64,000 nucleotides of DNA from Antedon mediterranea (GCF_964355755.1 NC_092674.1:1488001-1552000), one strand, 5' to 3'. Shown: positions 37,741 to 51,559, counted from the stretch's first letter. Translations and numbers: made by a program. The notes: generated by a model from the sequence alone, not told the origin.

Positions 37741-38939
37741 AAATATTTCAATTTACCCTAAGAAAACTTCCAATCTGCTTAAATACGTCTCTATAAAATA
37801 CTGATGTTATTGCATCATCAAAACAACATACAGTTACTGTAATACAGTATAAGGAAATTCCCAATTACTGTAGTCACTTCCTTTTTTGTAAGGAAAATTA
37901 TAAATTATTGATGAAGCTGATTTTTTAATATCAATGTAACAAACAAAGCAAAATAAATTAGACAGACGATTGACTTGTGTCTAGTAGTATTGAACAATAA
38001 AATCATCTACAGTACAGTACATGACATTGGTAATTAACTAGACTTTATTTTTAGGGGTGTCTTGCTGTACGGAAATTTAAGTTTTCTTTTCTCAGATATG
38101 GCTACTGTATGTCTATTTATCCGGTTAACAAGACATTGAATGTTCTATGAAAATCAAGCCAAATTTCCACTTTGTTAAAAAAAAATTGCAATCAATCCCA
38201 AGTAGGATAATATTCATCATAGATTATACATTCAGACAGACCCAACTAAATGTAACGGTAGCAAAGAACACGCCTTTTAAAAATATTGTAATGACCAAAA
38301 ACACAACTTAAAGGATGACGCGCACACAATAACATAAGACTGATTGTTATACACTTCTATATTAATTAGTAAATATATATAATATATAATCATACCATAC
38401 TTTTATTTTAATCTCTTATTCAACCAAAAAAAGACAACATAACTTGTATGAGAATCAAAACAAATATTTATTAATGGCATGCATTATGTTAGGCCTACAT
38501 TATTTTTTTCATGTCCAACAAGGTGTGGTGTAGATATATTACCATTCTGTTGCTACTAATATTAAATAGAGGCCTAGGCATAGGCCCCAGTTATTTACAA
38601 TCTATGCAAGAACCAGGTTTAATTTTCCATGTTACATTGTTTTTATTTACAAATTATGGCTGTATAATTAAATGTAGGAGGAGGGTATACAAAATAATTC
38701 TTTGATTTTAATAAGCTCATACGATGATGTAAAATCACTGTATATAGGCATACAATAGGATAAGCCTAGATTGTATATAGGCCTGGGCTGAGGGATTACT
38801 GTAACTTATTACCGAGCTGGTAAGCTTCTAAGCTTGATTGACCCAGCCAGGCCTGGGTTAGGCCTAGGTTAGGCCTAGCCTAGCCTAGGCCTAGATAATT
38901 TTGGAAAATAAAAACAATAATAATAGGCCTAGCCTAAAC

Positions 38940-39460
38940 AAACCTTCGTCCACCCAGAGACTTGTCAACGTGGCAGCAGAAGTAGTCGTCATATTAACGA
39001 ATGTTGCATTTAATCATTAAAATTCTGGCATTTAAATCTCACTATCTCCCAGGAGGCGAGTAATGATGTGCACCACACGGACGGCCACTATCGATCGGTG
39101 GAAAATTATCCCAAATTCTCACGCACCTGGGTCGTCGTCAGAGATAAAAATGGCGAAACAGGGGAGCGTTACTGTTTTCAAATGTTAATTTTTCAACTTA
39201 ATAAACTTTGATTTCAGCCATCGTCGCACCAGCAAATAAAACAAAACTTAATGAATTAATTTACAGAATAGAAATACAAATTCACTCAATTTAAGTGCAA
39301 TTTAAAAGCAAAACACTACAGCAACTTCCTTTGTAGGTACCCCAATCGTCAAGCTATAGAAAACTGAGCTTGGCGGTGGCGATGTAAGGATGTTGTTGAT
39401 TGGTCAATTACTGATGGTTTCAGAAATTGTTGCGGCTGCGCATTTTGACAGATGCGATCT
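38940..39460 (-). promoter_or_regulatory. Probable TFDP promoter and non-coding first exon(s)
   Basis: Locally CpG-rich. Candidate donors gaag|gtttgt (~38944) and ccag|gtgcgt (~39125), aaaatggcgaaa (YY1/E2F-like) at ~39147, gattgg (CCAAT) at ~39399, and a TAGGCCTA cluster just downstream. Confidence 0.45.
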
Positions 39461-42400
39461 TTTGTTGTCCCAATAGACAAAAGGGCTTCTTAAATTATAT
39501 ATTTTGAAGTGAAAACTTCTATTGAATATCTGGTACTCCACAAATACCAACATAACTTGGTTAAACGGTTTCTTATAATCATTATAATACAGGAAATCAA
39601 TGTTTCATTTTTTGGTGTATGGGAGAAAAGTCTAAGGAGTCTGCTGGCATTTAAATTATATAGAGGGCAGTATTATTAAAAGTGAAATACAAGGTAAAAG
39701 TAAACTTGAAAGTTTTAAAATTAACAATAAAGTTACAAACAAAATTACATAAAAACTAAAATTAAACTTAATAAAACGATCAGCAAGAAATTAAAATAAT
39801 AAATCAAATAAATATTACATACTTAGCTAAAGTAGATAGCTTTTCAAGACTTTCAGATATTGAGACTATTGAAAAAAGTATTTATTATAATAAAGGAGAT
39901 GTTGTGGATCAAAGAGATAAAACCTACACTCAATAAACAATCGGATTCCATCAAAGCTAAATTGTTTATCTAACTCAGTAGGAGGAGCTAATTACTTAAT
40001 TAGCCCTCAATTAGCATTTCCTGTCACCAACTTATTATTGTTTTGTATTCACTTGATCTTGAAAATGGTTCTATGATGGTACCGAAACGTCGATTTCTCT
40101 TTTTGTCATTAAATTTTATATTGAAAATAAACTAAATAAATAAATAATTTATTTATCGTTAGATTAATTTTTTAAAAGCCTGGTACTGTATTCAATTTAA
40201 GAGAATGGTCTTTTTCTTACTGCGTTTCAAAGCAAATAAATATAGAAATCTCTCAATATGCCAACAAAAGAAGATTAACAAAATTGGGTCTTGAAATTTC
40301 CTTTTTCAGTTTAAATAAAGTTATTCACTTCCGTTGAAAAAAAAAACCAACAAAATGATTTCAATTATAAAGACAAAATTATAGACAAAATAAATGCTTA
40401 AATTTAATACAAATAAGTTCATTTTTTGGCTGACAATTTTGTTTGGTTTTAGGTAGTCTGTTTTTGCTTTTTACAAATTTGATTAGATCCCATTTTTGGT
40501 AAACGTGACTATTACGCGACATTAAAATGATCCATTTTTTACACAGACAATGTACCATTTTTTTTTTTTATTCTTTGCAGAATTTCATGTTCTTCAAGAT
40601 TTTGAAATCAAAAGGGCCAGAAGAACAAAACAGGGAGCAAGAAGGTCGAACAAGGAACGTACCAACAAGACAACAATATATTCTGTATTGCTTTACTCTC
40701 GATAAAATGGTGTACAAACGCTTGGTTGCTAAGTAACACCACAATGACAGGACAACATAGTTAACTTGTTTCAGAAATATTTTATTGTAAATAAAATGAT
40801 TTATCATACTGACATATGTATGTATTTTTTCTAAAATGAAGTTTATTTACAAAAATTATCCCCCATCCCGATTGTATAGCAGCTAGGTATTCTACAAAAA
40901 AAACTAAAAATGTGGTAATATTACTATTACTACTGTGTTCCATCATTTACAATATACAGTATTTATATACTTTTCACCTAGTATACTTAGCTTATATAAT
41001 AATAGATTCACTTCAGTACAGTTATAGGACAATTATTTCTTATCCTAAAATAACATTAATAAAACATTTTTAATCAAGAAAGTGTGACTTATAAATCTAC
41101 CTATATATTTCTAAAAATGTAGTGTTATGTTAAAACCATTGCCAAATGTAATTATACATTAATTTCCAATACAGTGGAAACATTACAACATTAATAATAA
41201 ACTCAGAATTTAAAATATATACTCATAACGGAACGTATATCTTTACAACATAACTTTACTAAAAATGTTCCTAAAAATAAATTTTAAAAGAAATGTCGAT
41301 TTTGTTTTTTCTGCTAGGAAAATTGAGTGATTGTCAATGTTATTATATATATGTTATTGTCATTATATAATATCGTACAGTGCATTTATAGTTTTTTTTT
41401 TCAAAGCAATTCCAAATATTAATTTCAAATAGTTACTCTTGAGTGAAGTCCATGCAAAATATTATATACAATACAAAGCATCTTGGTTGTAATACAGCAG
41501 AAGCTGTATTCAGGGGACACAAAGTAAAAGGGAATTATTATGTTTCAACCATATAGTCATGTCCTAAAACTTCCTCAATAAATGAACAATGTTTTAACAA
41601 TACAGCCAAGCCATATTGAGGGACAATCTTATTTAGGGGACAGACATTTTCCCAAGAATTAAGGGTCCCTGTGTTTTAACAGTACTGCCACTATTAAAGG
41701 ACACACCCCTATTAATTGGCAGTCTACTATCTAAAATAGATACTCCAATTACTTAATTTAAGTAAATATGTTTCTTTAATTTTTCTTGATAATAGTACTC
41801 TCTGGCAGTCAAACCTCAATACCAAGCATGCATTCTGTTGATGCACTATTTCTAGATGTCACTGCTGTATTTCTCTTGTGTCAGTACATTCAATTATTTC
41901 AATCCACCATGATAAGTTTGGCATTAGATTAGTTAAACAGCAAAGATAACATATAAAGCAGACAAATAATAGCAAATATCTTTCTTAAAAATCACACTTA
42001 ATGATACAACTATTTAATGTACCTGTCCTACATTATTGTATAAAAGTATTACTGCAATAAGAACTACTTTAAAATTGTTATAAATGTTAATAGTCATAAA
42101 ATGAAGGCACTACTGAACAAATGTGGTATATAGAATAACATATGAACACATCAAGTAAACATTACTGTATATACTCTGGTATAATCCCAACCCCTTGGGA
42201 GTGGGACTACACCTGGGAATAAATATTATCTGAAATCTGAATTTGGTTCAGAAAAATAATGATGGTTAAAAACTCATCTGAACTGGCTAGAGAAAGGCCT
42301 ACATCCAGACCAAAAGTCAATACTGGGACTATACCCGGGGATATGCATGTTGGTGAAATCAGACATAAAGTAGGGGGTGGGATTAACTAGAGGATATACA

Positions 42401-42567
42401 ATAAATAGACTGGTGAAACTTATTCCTCCATGCTAAAATACATTGAATAATAAAATATGAACACTATTATAAGAATGTTTATTATTGTTTAAAATAGATT
42501 AGCGCCAATAACGATCCTTACTTTTAAAAATAACTAATGTACAAAAGTTCATAAAACGTTTTAGAAA

Positions 42568-45500
42568 CTAAGGCCGTGAATCGTTATCCGATTCTGCTTT
42601 TGTATTTTGCATCTCGTAACTGTCGTTTGATTCGCCGTCGGACTCTACTTCTAACGAAACTATGGTGGTGCTCTCCACAACCGAATTATCTATCGTACTT
42701 TCCTCCTCTTCAGCAGCGGAATATTGAGACGACGTTCCCTCTAGCGGGTCTGTATCGCCTGTGGGGCGCACGTATCTGCCGCCACCACGATTACCAAATA
42801 ACAGAGGGGTGTTCTCGCCATCGCTGTCATCACTGTCTGATGAGTCATCTTCTATGTCTCCAGGAATGACTTTACGTTTGCAAACCGGACATGTACGCTT
42901 GTTGTTGGTCAGCCAAGGGTCAATGCATGGACAATGAAAAGCTAAATAAAACAAACAATTTGGAATTTAAACATAAAATACCAGACAAATTATGTAACTG
43001 GATAGTTAGAACAAATCATACAACTTGTCACTAGTCATCGTAACTTGCTAAACACCAGGTGAACATTTGCTAAACACTTGGTAAACAATATCAAAACACT
43101 TGCTAAACACTAGATAAACACTAGATAAACACTAGATAAACCCTAGGCATATTAGACTCACCATGATTACAAGGCAAAATGCGCAGCTTGTCGCCTTCAT
43201 TATATTCATCAAGACATATGGCACAAACATCATAATTTTCACCTGCAAAAAGAAAAATGGTATACTTTGAGAACCATCATTATGTTTGTTAATCTTGTGA
43301 TGTGCTCATATATGACATGATGATGATCACTACCATATTTTAGCATAGTGCAGACGAGCTTAATATTAAATTAGTTTTGCAAAAAGAGAGCCTACCTTTC
43401 TTGAATTTCTTGATGGGTAATTTTTTCAAGTGTTCTCTTGAGAGACGTGAACGTCTCAGCTTACGTCGGTCACGTAAATATTTTACAATCTGAATAGCAA
43501 AGAAAAATTCAATCGTAAAATCAATCTACAAGTATTAACTAGATCTCAATGTATTTAGGACAAGGAAGCTAATTACAAAGAACAAGTCAACTTCCCAGCA
43601 TGAATAACTAACTGTACATAGGTTATTAATAGTATTTCCTGTTGCTTACTAATTCTTTTCCTCTTTTAGCTTTATAAATTTATGAATCAAAAGAACCTTC
43701 CCCACCCTTTAAAAAATAATATTATTAATAATAATACTCACAATATAAACAAGCAGGAATATTAAACATGTACCACAGACTGCTAAGAATGGTACAAAAT
43801 AGTAGAGAGGGGAAGGAAAAGATATATATGGATACAATGTGACTGTACTCCTAGCAAAATAAAAAGAAAAGAGCACAATATGATTAGATATGCTTATACT
43901 AATGATATGGTAGTGATGACGTTTGCAATTTTCAGTAACTTAGGGTGGCATTTTGTAATATACGATCCATACAATATTTTTCTCAAAATCAGAAAAAAAA
44001 TGTAAATTATTTATTGGTTTGCAACCTTTGTTTATGAAAATTACAACGTTATCCACCACGTACCAACATTCTTAATCATATTAAACTTACCATAAATGTA
44101 AAAGTTAAAAGCACACAGAAACCAACAATGCAGATGAATGGGGTATACAGATTCATAGGGAATGTGTTATGCGCATATATTACAACACTATACCTGTGAA
44201 ATAATAAGGCGTAGAGGATGATGGAACAAGCGGACAAAGAAACATGACATGATAGCAAAAGAATATGAATTCTTTATTTCTAAAGCTCTGTCTACACTAT
44301 ACTATCAAACAAAAAAAGTGTGATGTGCCCAAATATGGTAGTGATATGACATCATCATGTCCATATATGGCCACATTTTGTTGTCACATAATGTTTGATA
44401 GTGAAGACAGAGCTTTATTCTATACACATCCATTCAGATTATTGTATTTCTGTCCTATTGTACTACTATGGTGATTTAAGAAATGTTCATGTCAAAACTA
44501 TTCTACTGCAGTAATTGAATTTTATTTATTGTGAAATAATGAAGGATGATGGGTAGAAAGGAGAGGTCTAAGAAAAAAAAAGAAAATTAATTTAATCCTA
44601 GTCGTAAATACTACACAAATTTCCATTCAGATCTTTTTCATTGTGTCAGATTAGTATTACCATGGTAATTTATAAAAAAAACGTCAAAACTATTTAAATT
44701 AGTTACTGCAGTAACTACTTATAAAGCTATATTGAACAAAAAGTAAAATCATACATGCCAATGTTTACTGCAGTAACTGCAGTAGAATAATTTCTACCTA
44801 AAAATAAATTCAGTTTTTTCTGAGAGGATTAGAGCAATGCAAGTACATCCTGGAATCGTGAAGTCACAAACCAAATAATTATTGTGAAAAATCTTACCCT
44901 GTTTTATAATCACTCTTGGTCAATAGAAGACCATCTTCTTCACCTACAAACACAGAAGGTATAACAACTTCATTTCCATCTGCAAAAATCAATAAAAAGA
45001 AAGTCAACTACTAGACAACTGTCAAGCTAAAAATGACATTATGTCATTTGTCAAACCACTGTATTACGATTATATAATATTGTTGCTTTTTTATATCTAC
45101 CGGTATATATATTTGTACATTATAGTTGTAAATTATAACTCAATTTGCTGCTATGTTTTAATAATTATGTTGAATTTGAATAAATACCCAATATATTTAA
45201 TTTTATACAGTACATCTGTATATTATAGACAGGCTAATTATATTGATGCTATGATAGGTTACATACATACAGACCATATTTTGTCAGCTTTCTTGGAACA
45301 GTGGAATATTCAAATTTTATTTTTTCAACAATTTTTTTTATTTGAGATAATAAATATTTATTGTTTCTGCAACATATACTGAATTTTGTCAAAGTAACCT
45401 CATTATTATAAAATTAAATATTTATAATTTGGTTATATATGAATAAAAAAAAAGGAAAACAAAATTGAATAAAAATTGAATAAAAATTGATTGAAACATA

Positions 45501-48468
45501 ATACCAAAATATACATAGTATACTGTAGCACAAGATTTACTCATTGATTTCATTGATTCTTTAAACCAGTATATTTTGAACAATTTATGAATATAGATTT
45601 AGTGTAAATAGATTAATTGAAGGTGGACGTAATTCCAATTGAAATATAATAAAAACAAAACAAATACAACACACAACATGTTACAACATGCTGGTATATG
45701 AATCATTATTTTAATTGCAAGTTCTACAAATTCTACAGATTAATGAATGCACTGATTTCATTCACTTATTGTCCATTTTCAAATTTACATCAAAAAAACA
45801 CAACATTGAGTAATTGTGAAAGTAATTGTATCAACATGCATACAATACTATGTATGTATTTCTTTTGTCCTGTGGAAAATGAGTCAGGTACTGTATGGGC
45901 GTGGTAACCTACAAGTGGGTGCAGCTCATGGACGATACCACTGTATTGAAGGGGTGTTACTTTTCGAATTATGCATTAGCAAGGGAATCGCCAATTATGT
46001 TTATAAATGTACTGTAAGCTGGGCACAAATAGACAATATAAGGAAACTAATATTGTATATCCAATCTCTATCAAAAACAGCAACTAGCACATTTTTTACA
46101 AATTATTAACTTTGATAGACCAAAAAATAAATGTTGCAAAAATTGTTCAACCTGCAATTGACTATGACAAATCTACTAGCAATTTGCTAGGATGAATTTT
46201 GAGCGATGTCTACTTTTTGACATAAAAATAAAAGAGTTGATAACTTACGTTTACTAGGATTCATAGGCAGTATAGCATTTGATCCAACATTATAGACGAT
46301 GGCAGCTAAATAACCTGCTGTCTGAACATTCAATACCTGCACAAAAATAAGAGTTCATTAAATACATGATGATTTAGTAGTTTAAATTGTATAGCATTCT
46401 CAATTTTTCATGGAGTAAGGAAATTAAATTTTGTTTTATACATAAAGATTGTAATCATCCCATGCATAATGTATTTGAGGTGCAACTTAGTGGTACAGGT
46501 CCATCATCTCTCGTACAAATAGGTTTCATAACGGCTTTCTTCCAGCTGCCTGCTTTTCAGTATGCGACACTTTATAATTGTTTTTGTATATATATCTCAG
46601 GAAATAAGTAATTTTACATTGATAATGAAAGAATGAAGTTGAGACATTTGTAGAAAATATATAAAAGAGACTTGAATATATTATTAGACCGGTAGAATTC
46701 TTACCTTTACATCGAATTCACAATTATTACGACGGATTAATGCAACGTATGGCAAACTTTGATTAATGATTGGCGGCGACAGCACATCATGACAAGCATC
46801 GATAGGCTCAACAACTACAACCATTCCCTACAAAGACAAATACATAATGAAACACTCCACTAAACAATACACCCATTGCCTTAAGCTCTGTTTACACTAT
46901 CAAACTTTATGTGACAAAAAAATGTGATGTGCCCATATATACCCATGATGTCATATCACTACCATATTTGGGTTATCACACACTTTGTCTCAAACTAGTT
47001 TGATTTCTGAAGAATAAGATGTGTTTGGAAACAGTATGCCCACCAGTGGCGTAACAGCTATGGCTAAACCCATGCGCCCAGAGCTTAAGGGGAGAAACCA
47101 CAATGCAACTACCCCTGTGATACGCCACTACAGGAAGTGTGTCCCTTTGCCCACTGTGATATGCCACTAAGTGTTCCCCTTTGCCCACTGTGATATGCCA
47201 CTAAGTGTTCCCCTTTGCCCCTGTGATATGCCACTAAGTGTGACCATTAAAAACCAGGTTGTCATACTCTTCCTATGGCAACTTTCACTTTCTATTATTA
47301 TACATTAACTGCAAGATTAGGGACTTGACAATATCAAATTGTTTCCCTTTGGACTGTTACTACACATCACAAGTTTACAAATGCTTCTTCCTTGTTTGGA
47401 GGAAATAGTATGGATTGCCAGTCATCTGGTAATACTTTAAACGGACAACATTGCATAATACCATGTGTACACCAATTATATATTTTTATCAGGTGATACA
47501 ATGTTAGAAATGTAATTCTTGGATTCCAACTTATATTATGTTTGAGTGCAAGTTTTTGTATTGTTTATATTCAATATTTTACAGTATGTTCAACTTGCAT
47601 TAATATTGCAATAATAAATCTATATTCTTGTTGTTATATGTAATGCTTTGTATTTTTTTTGTGATATTTTATGTTCAACTTCAATTTATTTATATATAAT
47701 AAATTGCAATAATAAAGCTAAATGAGCACCATGCTCATACCAATTATTGTTATGTAATCTTTTTGGCACTGACCCTTGATTTATATAATGCTTTAATTCC
47801 GTTGTAAACAAATAATAAAACAAAACTACTGAATACCTTGAGGCCTTCTTGGGGTAGTTTAGTACCAAACGTCGCAGGATATGAGGGTAATTCCTGCGTT
47901 CCGGTGCCATTAGGTTTTTTCTACAAAAAAGATCAGTGAGTTGTTAAACAAAACAAACATTTTTAATTTTAGCCTTAAAAATAGGGTAAATTCTCCAAAA
48001 AAAAACAAACAATAGAAGAAGAAAAACATTGTATTTTTTAATGGGAATGCATTGTTCAAATACAGTTAACTCTGCCAATACCACATACCATATGTGGTAT
48101 TGGCAGAGTTACTCTAGGGATGACCTTCATACTGTATATCTATTTTAATTGGAATGCATTGTTGAAATACAGTTAACTCTGCCAATACCACATACCCTAG
48201 GGATGACCTTGTATATCTATTTTTCCAGAAAGTACGGTATTACGAATGTGTTTTAATAGTAAAAATTTAGAATTTAGGACTTTTTGGTTCAGTTTTTTTT
48301 ATTTTCGTAGAGTACAGTATCGGGAGATTGGACTGTATTGTTAGATGACAACAAACTATTGCAATTTTAAATCATACTCACAAGATACACATCAGCGGAC
48401 ACACTGTACTGACTAAGAACAACGCACAATACGATGCTCAAAATGTTAACTAGTAAACACTTCTTCAT
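42568..48468 (-). CDS. RNF13: PA-TM-RING E3 ubiquitin ligase (RNF13/RNF167 family)
   Basis: Exons 48468-48382 (signal peptide [26 protein letters not shown]), 47920-47837 (PATFG), 46827-46705 ([13 protein letters not shown]), 46336-46249 ([19 protein letters not shown]), 44979-44898 (IPSVFVGE), TM exon 44193-44091 or 43850-43742, 43489-43396 ([14 protein letters not shown]), 43242-43162 ([21 protein letters not shown]) and 42941-42568 ([22 protein letters not shown] plus ENTPLL dileucine). Confidence 0.94.
43742..43850 (-). CDS. RNF13-like alternative transmembrane exon B (109 nt)
   Basis: ttttgctag|g agt aca ... tat att|gtgagt; encodes [36 protein letters not shown]; phase 2 to 0. Confidence 0.85.
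44091..44193 (-). CDS. RNF13-like alternative transmembrane exon A (103 nt)
   Basis: tttcacag|g tat agt ... ttt atg|gtaagt; encodes [34 protein letters not shown]; phase 2 to 0. Confidence 0.85.
44284..44414. mobile_element. Harbinger-like MITE family A copy
   Basis: agctctgtctacactat ... gtttgatagtgaagacagagct. Confidence 0.75.
46884..47004. mobile_element. Harbinger-like MITE family A copy (right end truncated)
   Basis: agctctgtttacactatcaaact...atatcactaccatatttggg...caaactagtttga. Confidence 0.65.
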
Positions 48469-48587
48469 TTTGTTTTCATGCTACGGATGAATACTAACAT
48501 TACTGGAAAAAAGAAAAGGTACCAGCTTTAGATAAACAAGTAAACAACATTATGAAAATGTAAATCATAAGAATCAGAAATGGGCAA

Positions 48588-48782
48588 CAGGCCTGTCTTT
48601 TGAAAAGGTGTGCTACAAATTGCACTCCTCAATACATCCAGGGGTGCTGTAGGTGTGCTGTTTGTATGTTGGTGTGTAGAAGTTTACCAAATTTAAGCGT
48701 GTTGTAAATAGCACTCCTCAAGGGCAGTTTAGGAGTGTGTTAGGCGAGTGCTCACAATCACCGCCTTAAAAGACAAGGCCTG
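48588..48782. mobile_element. Short MITE
   Basis: TIRs caggcctgtcttt / aaagacaaggcctg; no clear TSD. Confidence 0.45.
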
Positions 48783-49677
48783 GGGTTACCACAAACAAGA
48801 TGCTTTTTCAAAGTTTATTTTAAAGTAAACCAATTTTATTTTTACTAAATTTCCAAAAGTATTTTTTATCAGTTTTACAATTTCAAAATACTAATATTTT
48901 AATTTCTTCAAATAAACAATTAAAATCTGGAATTCTGCAACAAGTTACTTGATTTTTATTTTTAACTTTGTTTGATTTATACAATAAGGAAATAATTGAC
49001 CGTTATTACAAATTTATTATGCAGCCAGTGGAAAGTTCAACCATGTTATTGTTTTCAATAAAGTAGGCCTATATTGCAAATTACATAACTTATTTTTATT
49101 TCTTTATTCCGACATAAAATCATAGGATAAAAACACAATAAAGTACCGATACGGCAAACTTATTTCCATTGTGGTGCTAAGTAGGGTCTTGTAACTTGTA
49201 AAATGTTTCCCTCCAGGATCTCACCATACTAGACCACTAAGTTTATCATCAATATTTGATTTGTGACTTGCCATTAACCAAAGAACAAATCAGAGTTCAT
49301 TTATTGAAGATTACCGATCAAATGTACAGTAGAATTTGACCCCAGTAAATAGATAACAAACAGAATGCAAACCACTCAATTACAGTGTTTTTTTGTTAAG
49401 GCATGTGGACACAAAGACTATAATGCAGCTATTGTACTGTTTTAGTAGTAATGTTATGTAATTGATTGATAGATATTTTTTTAATATTTGGCTATTTTAC
49501 AGGGTACATGACAGTAGGTAGGTAAACAAAAATGAACTGGTAGGTACTCCGGTAGCCCTAGCCTATATTTTAGAAACTTATAAATTTAGAATTATATAAT
49601 GTTATATTATATAACACATTAACTATATAAGAATATAGATATGTAAATTATATAATAAAATAAGACCCTACTCTTAA

Positions 49678-50666
49678 GTCGGATCAACTGCCGTTTTGGC
49701 TCCGGAGTTTTTTTTGTGGTTATTCCATTATTAAAGTGGGGGTGTGTGGTTATGAATATTGTGTGCAGGTACGTCAATAGAAATGACATTGAGAGCCCTC
49801 TTCTGTCAGTTGACTGGTTCCCGGTCTACCGCCTTGTAATTGACTTAATCATGATCGAATTCCAACAACTTAAGAATATACAAAATGTTTACATAATTAT
49901 ATAACAATGTAGATCTATCTAATAATGTTTTTATTTTTTTGCAGATAAAGGAGGATCATCAATAAAATAAAATGATAAAAATTCCAGGCATTTAATATAC
50001 GGTTTACTGATAAAATATAATGTACCAATGAAATAAACCTGGTGTTCTGAAACATATTTTAATAACTTTTGCCGGCCTAGCGCCTTTGTGTATCTAAATA
50101 ATTAAGTTAGTACAGTATTAACAAATAAAGGGTTAGGGTTATGTATAATAAAATGATAGAAATGAGGCATTATCTAATAATGTTTTTATTGATTTTTTTT
50201 TCAGATTTTTATAGTTTTAAAATTCAAGTACCGTTTTTATAGCGTTACTGTATGTATCCTGTAAATGCTAACCTAAAAATGTTATCTGAATGTTTCTTTT
50301 TACGTTATAGAAATGTAATAAAATAACGGTTATTAGTGAACCTAAACATTAACCAAACACTAACGTTAGAAAACCACTATGTGTTTGCTGGACTGCCACA
50401 ATGGAACAATAGACCTAGGCATGTTAAACAAAGAAATCACGTCAAAGCAGGGTGGAGACGGAATTTTAAGACAAAGGCGTTCTATACAAATGCAAATCAT
50501 TCATGTATACAAGGCGGTAGACCGGGAACCAGTCAACTGACAGAAGAGGGCTCTCAATGTCATTTCTATTGACGTACCTGCACACAATATTCATAACCAC
50601 ACACCCCCACTTTAATAATGGAATAACCCTAAAAAAAACTCCGGAGCCAAAACGGCAGTTGATCCC
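49678..50666. mobile_element. Foldback MITE with ~158-bp TIRs, TTAA-flanked (Kolobok-like), in the probable RNF13 intron 1
   Basis: 49681-49838 is the near-perfect reverse complement of ~50508-50665 (ggatcaactgccgttttggctccggag...); ttaa lies just outside both ends. Confidence 0.8.
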
Positions 50667-51559
50667 TTAATATAAGTCTTACTAGTAAATAAAGACCTTG
50701 TTTAATATTGCTATTTTATGGGATATCACATTAATCAAGACCCTACTAACTAATAATTATTAGCTTTAGGAGTACTCCTAAAACAATACAATTTTAGATT
50801 ACAGTATCAAGTAACACTGTGTAACCCCAAACGTCACATCAATCAACAAAACAACAACAAAGCATCTCGCGGTTGTTGTGACTAAATAAAAAGCCTACCG
50901 CCGCCGTGCGTGCTGGCCTAGCCTGATCAATCAACTGATACTTCATAAATACGCAATATTAAGTCTAACTTATTTACCTAAAGCAAATCAACATTAAGAA
51001 ATATGAAATATCTACCAATACCTTTGCATTTCAAAGGAAATATCCTGTTCAATTAGGTATATTTCTCTTTCGTTTCAAACGACAATATGTATCGCAGGCA
51101 GAGAGAGTGTGTCGATCATCACAAGTTCACAAAATGGTTGCTCCACAAAAATGAATGGGCGATGGGGGCGCACTGTCGACCTACTAAAATACACAAAAGC
51201 CTATTGTCAACTCGTATTATAAACTTTTTTAAATGCGAATTTTTAATAATAATCTATATAAAGGTGTCGGTTTCCCAGTTATTTACTGGTACTCACAAGG
51301 AGGGCCACGTGAAGGCCACCTTTATCCTCCTCTTTTTTAATTAGTGGGGAGAAACCGAAGTTCTCGGAGAAAAACCCCAACTTACCAGAAATTCATACCC
51401 AACTTACTAGTTTGTATTTTATTTTACCAAAATTAAATTGTACCAACATAACTTACCTCCGTATTAATTAATTTACACACCAACTTACCAGTTTATAGAT
51501 TCCATCAAAAAATTACTGTCGTACCAAAATGAATTATTGCAGTACCATAATTAATGTAA

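Noticed and set aside
43326-44345. Docking/selector RNA pairing for the RNF13 alternative exons (atatggtagtgat at 43905 and 44333 versus atcactaccatat at 43326)
   Set aside because: The motifs are MITE-derived, and the pairing would also loop out the constitutive exon 43396-43489, so the geometry does not fit a selector mechanism.
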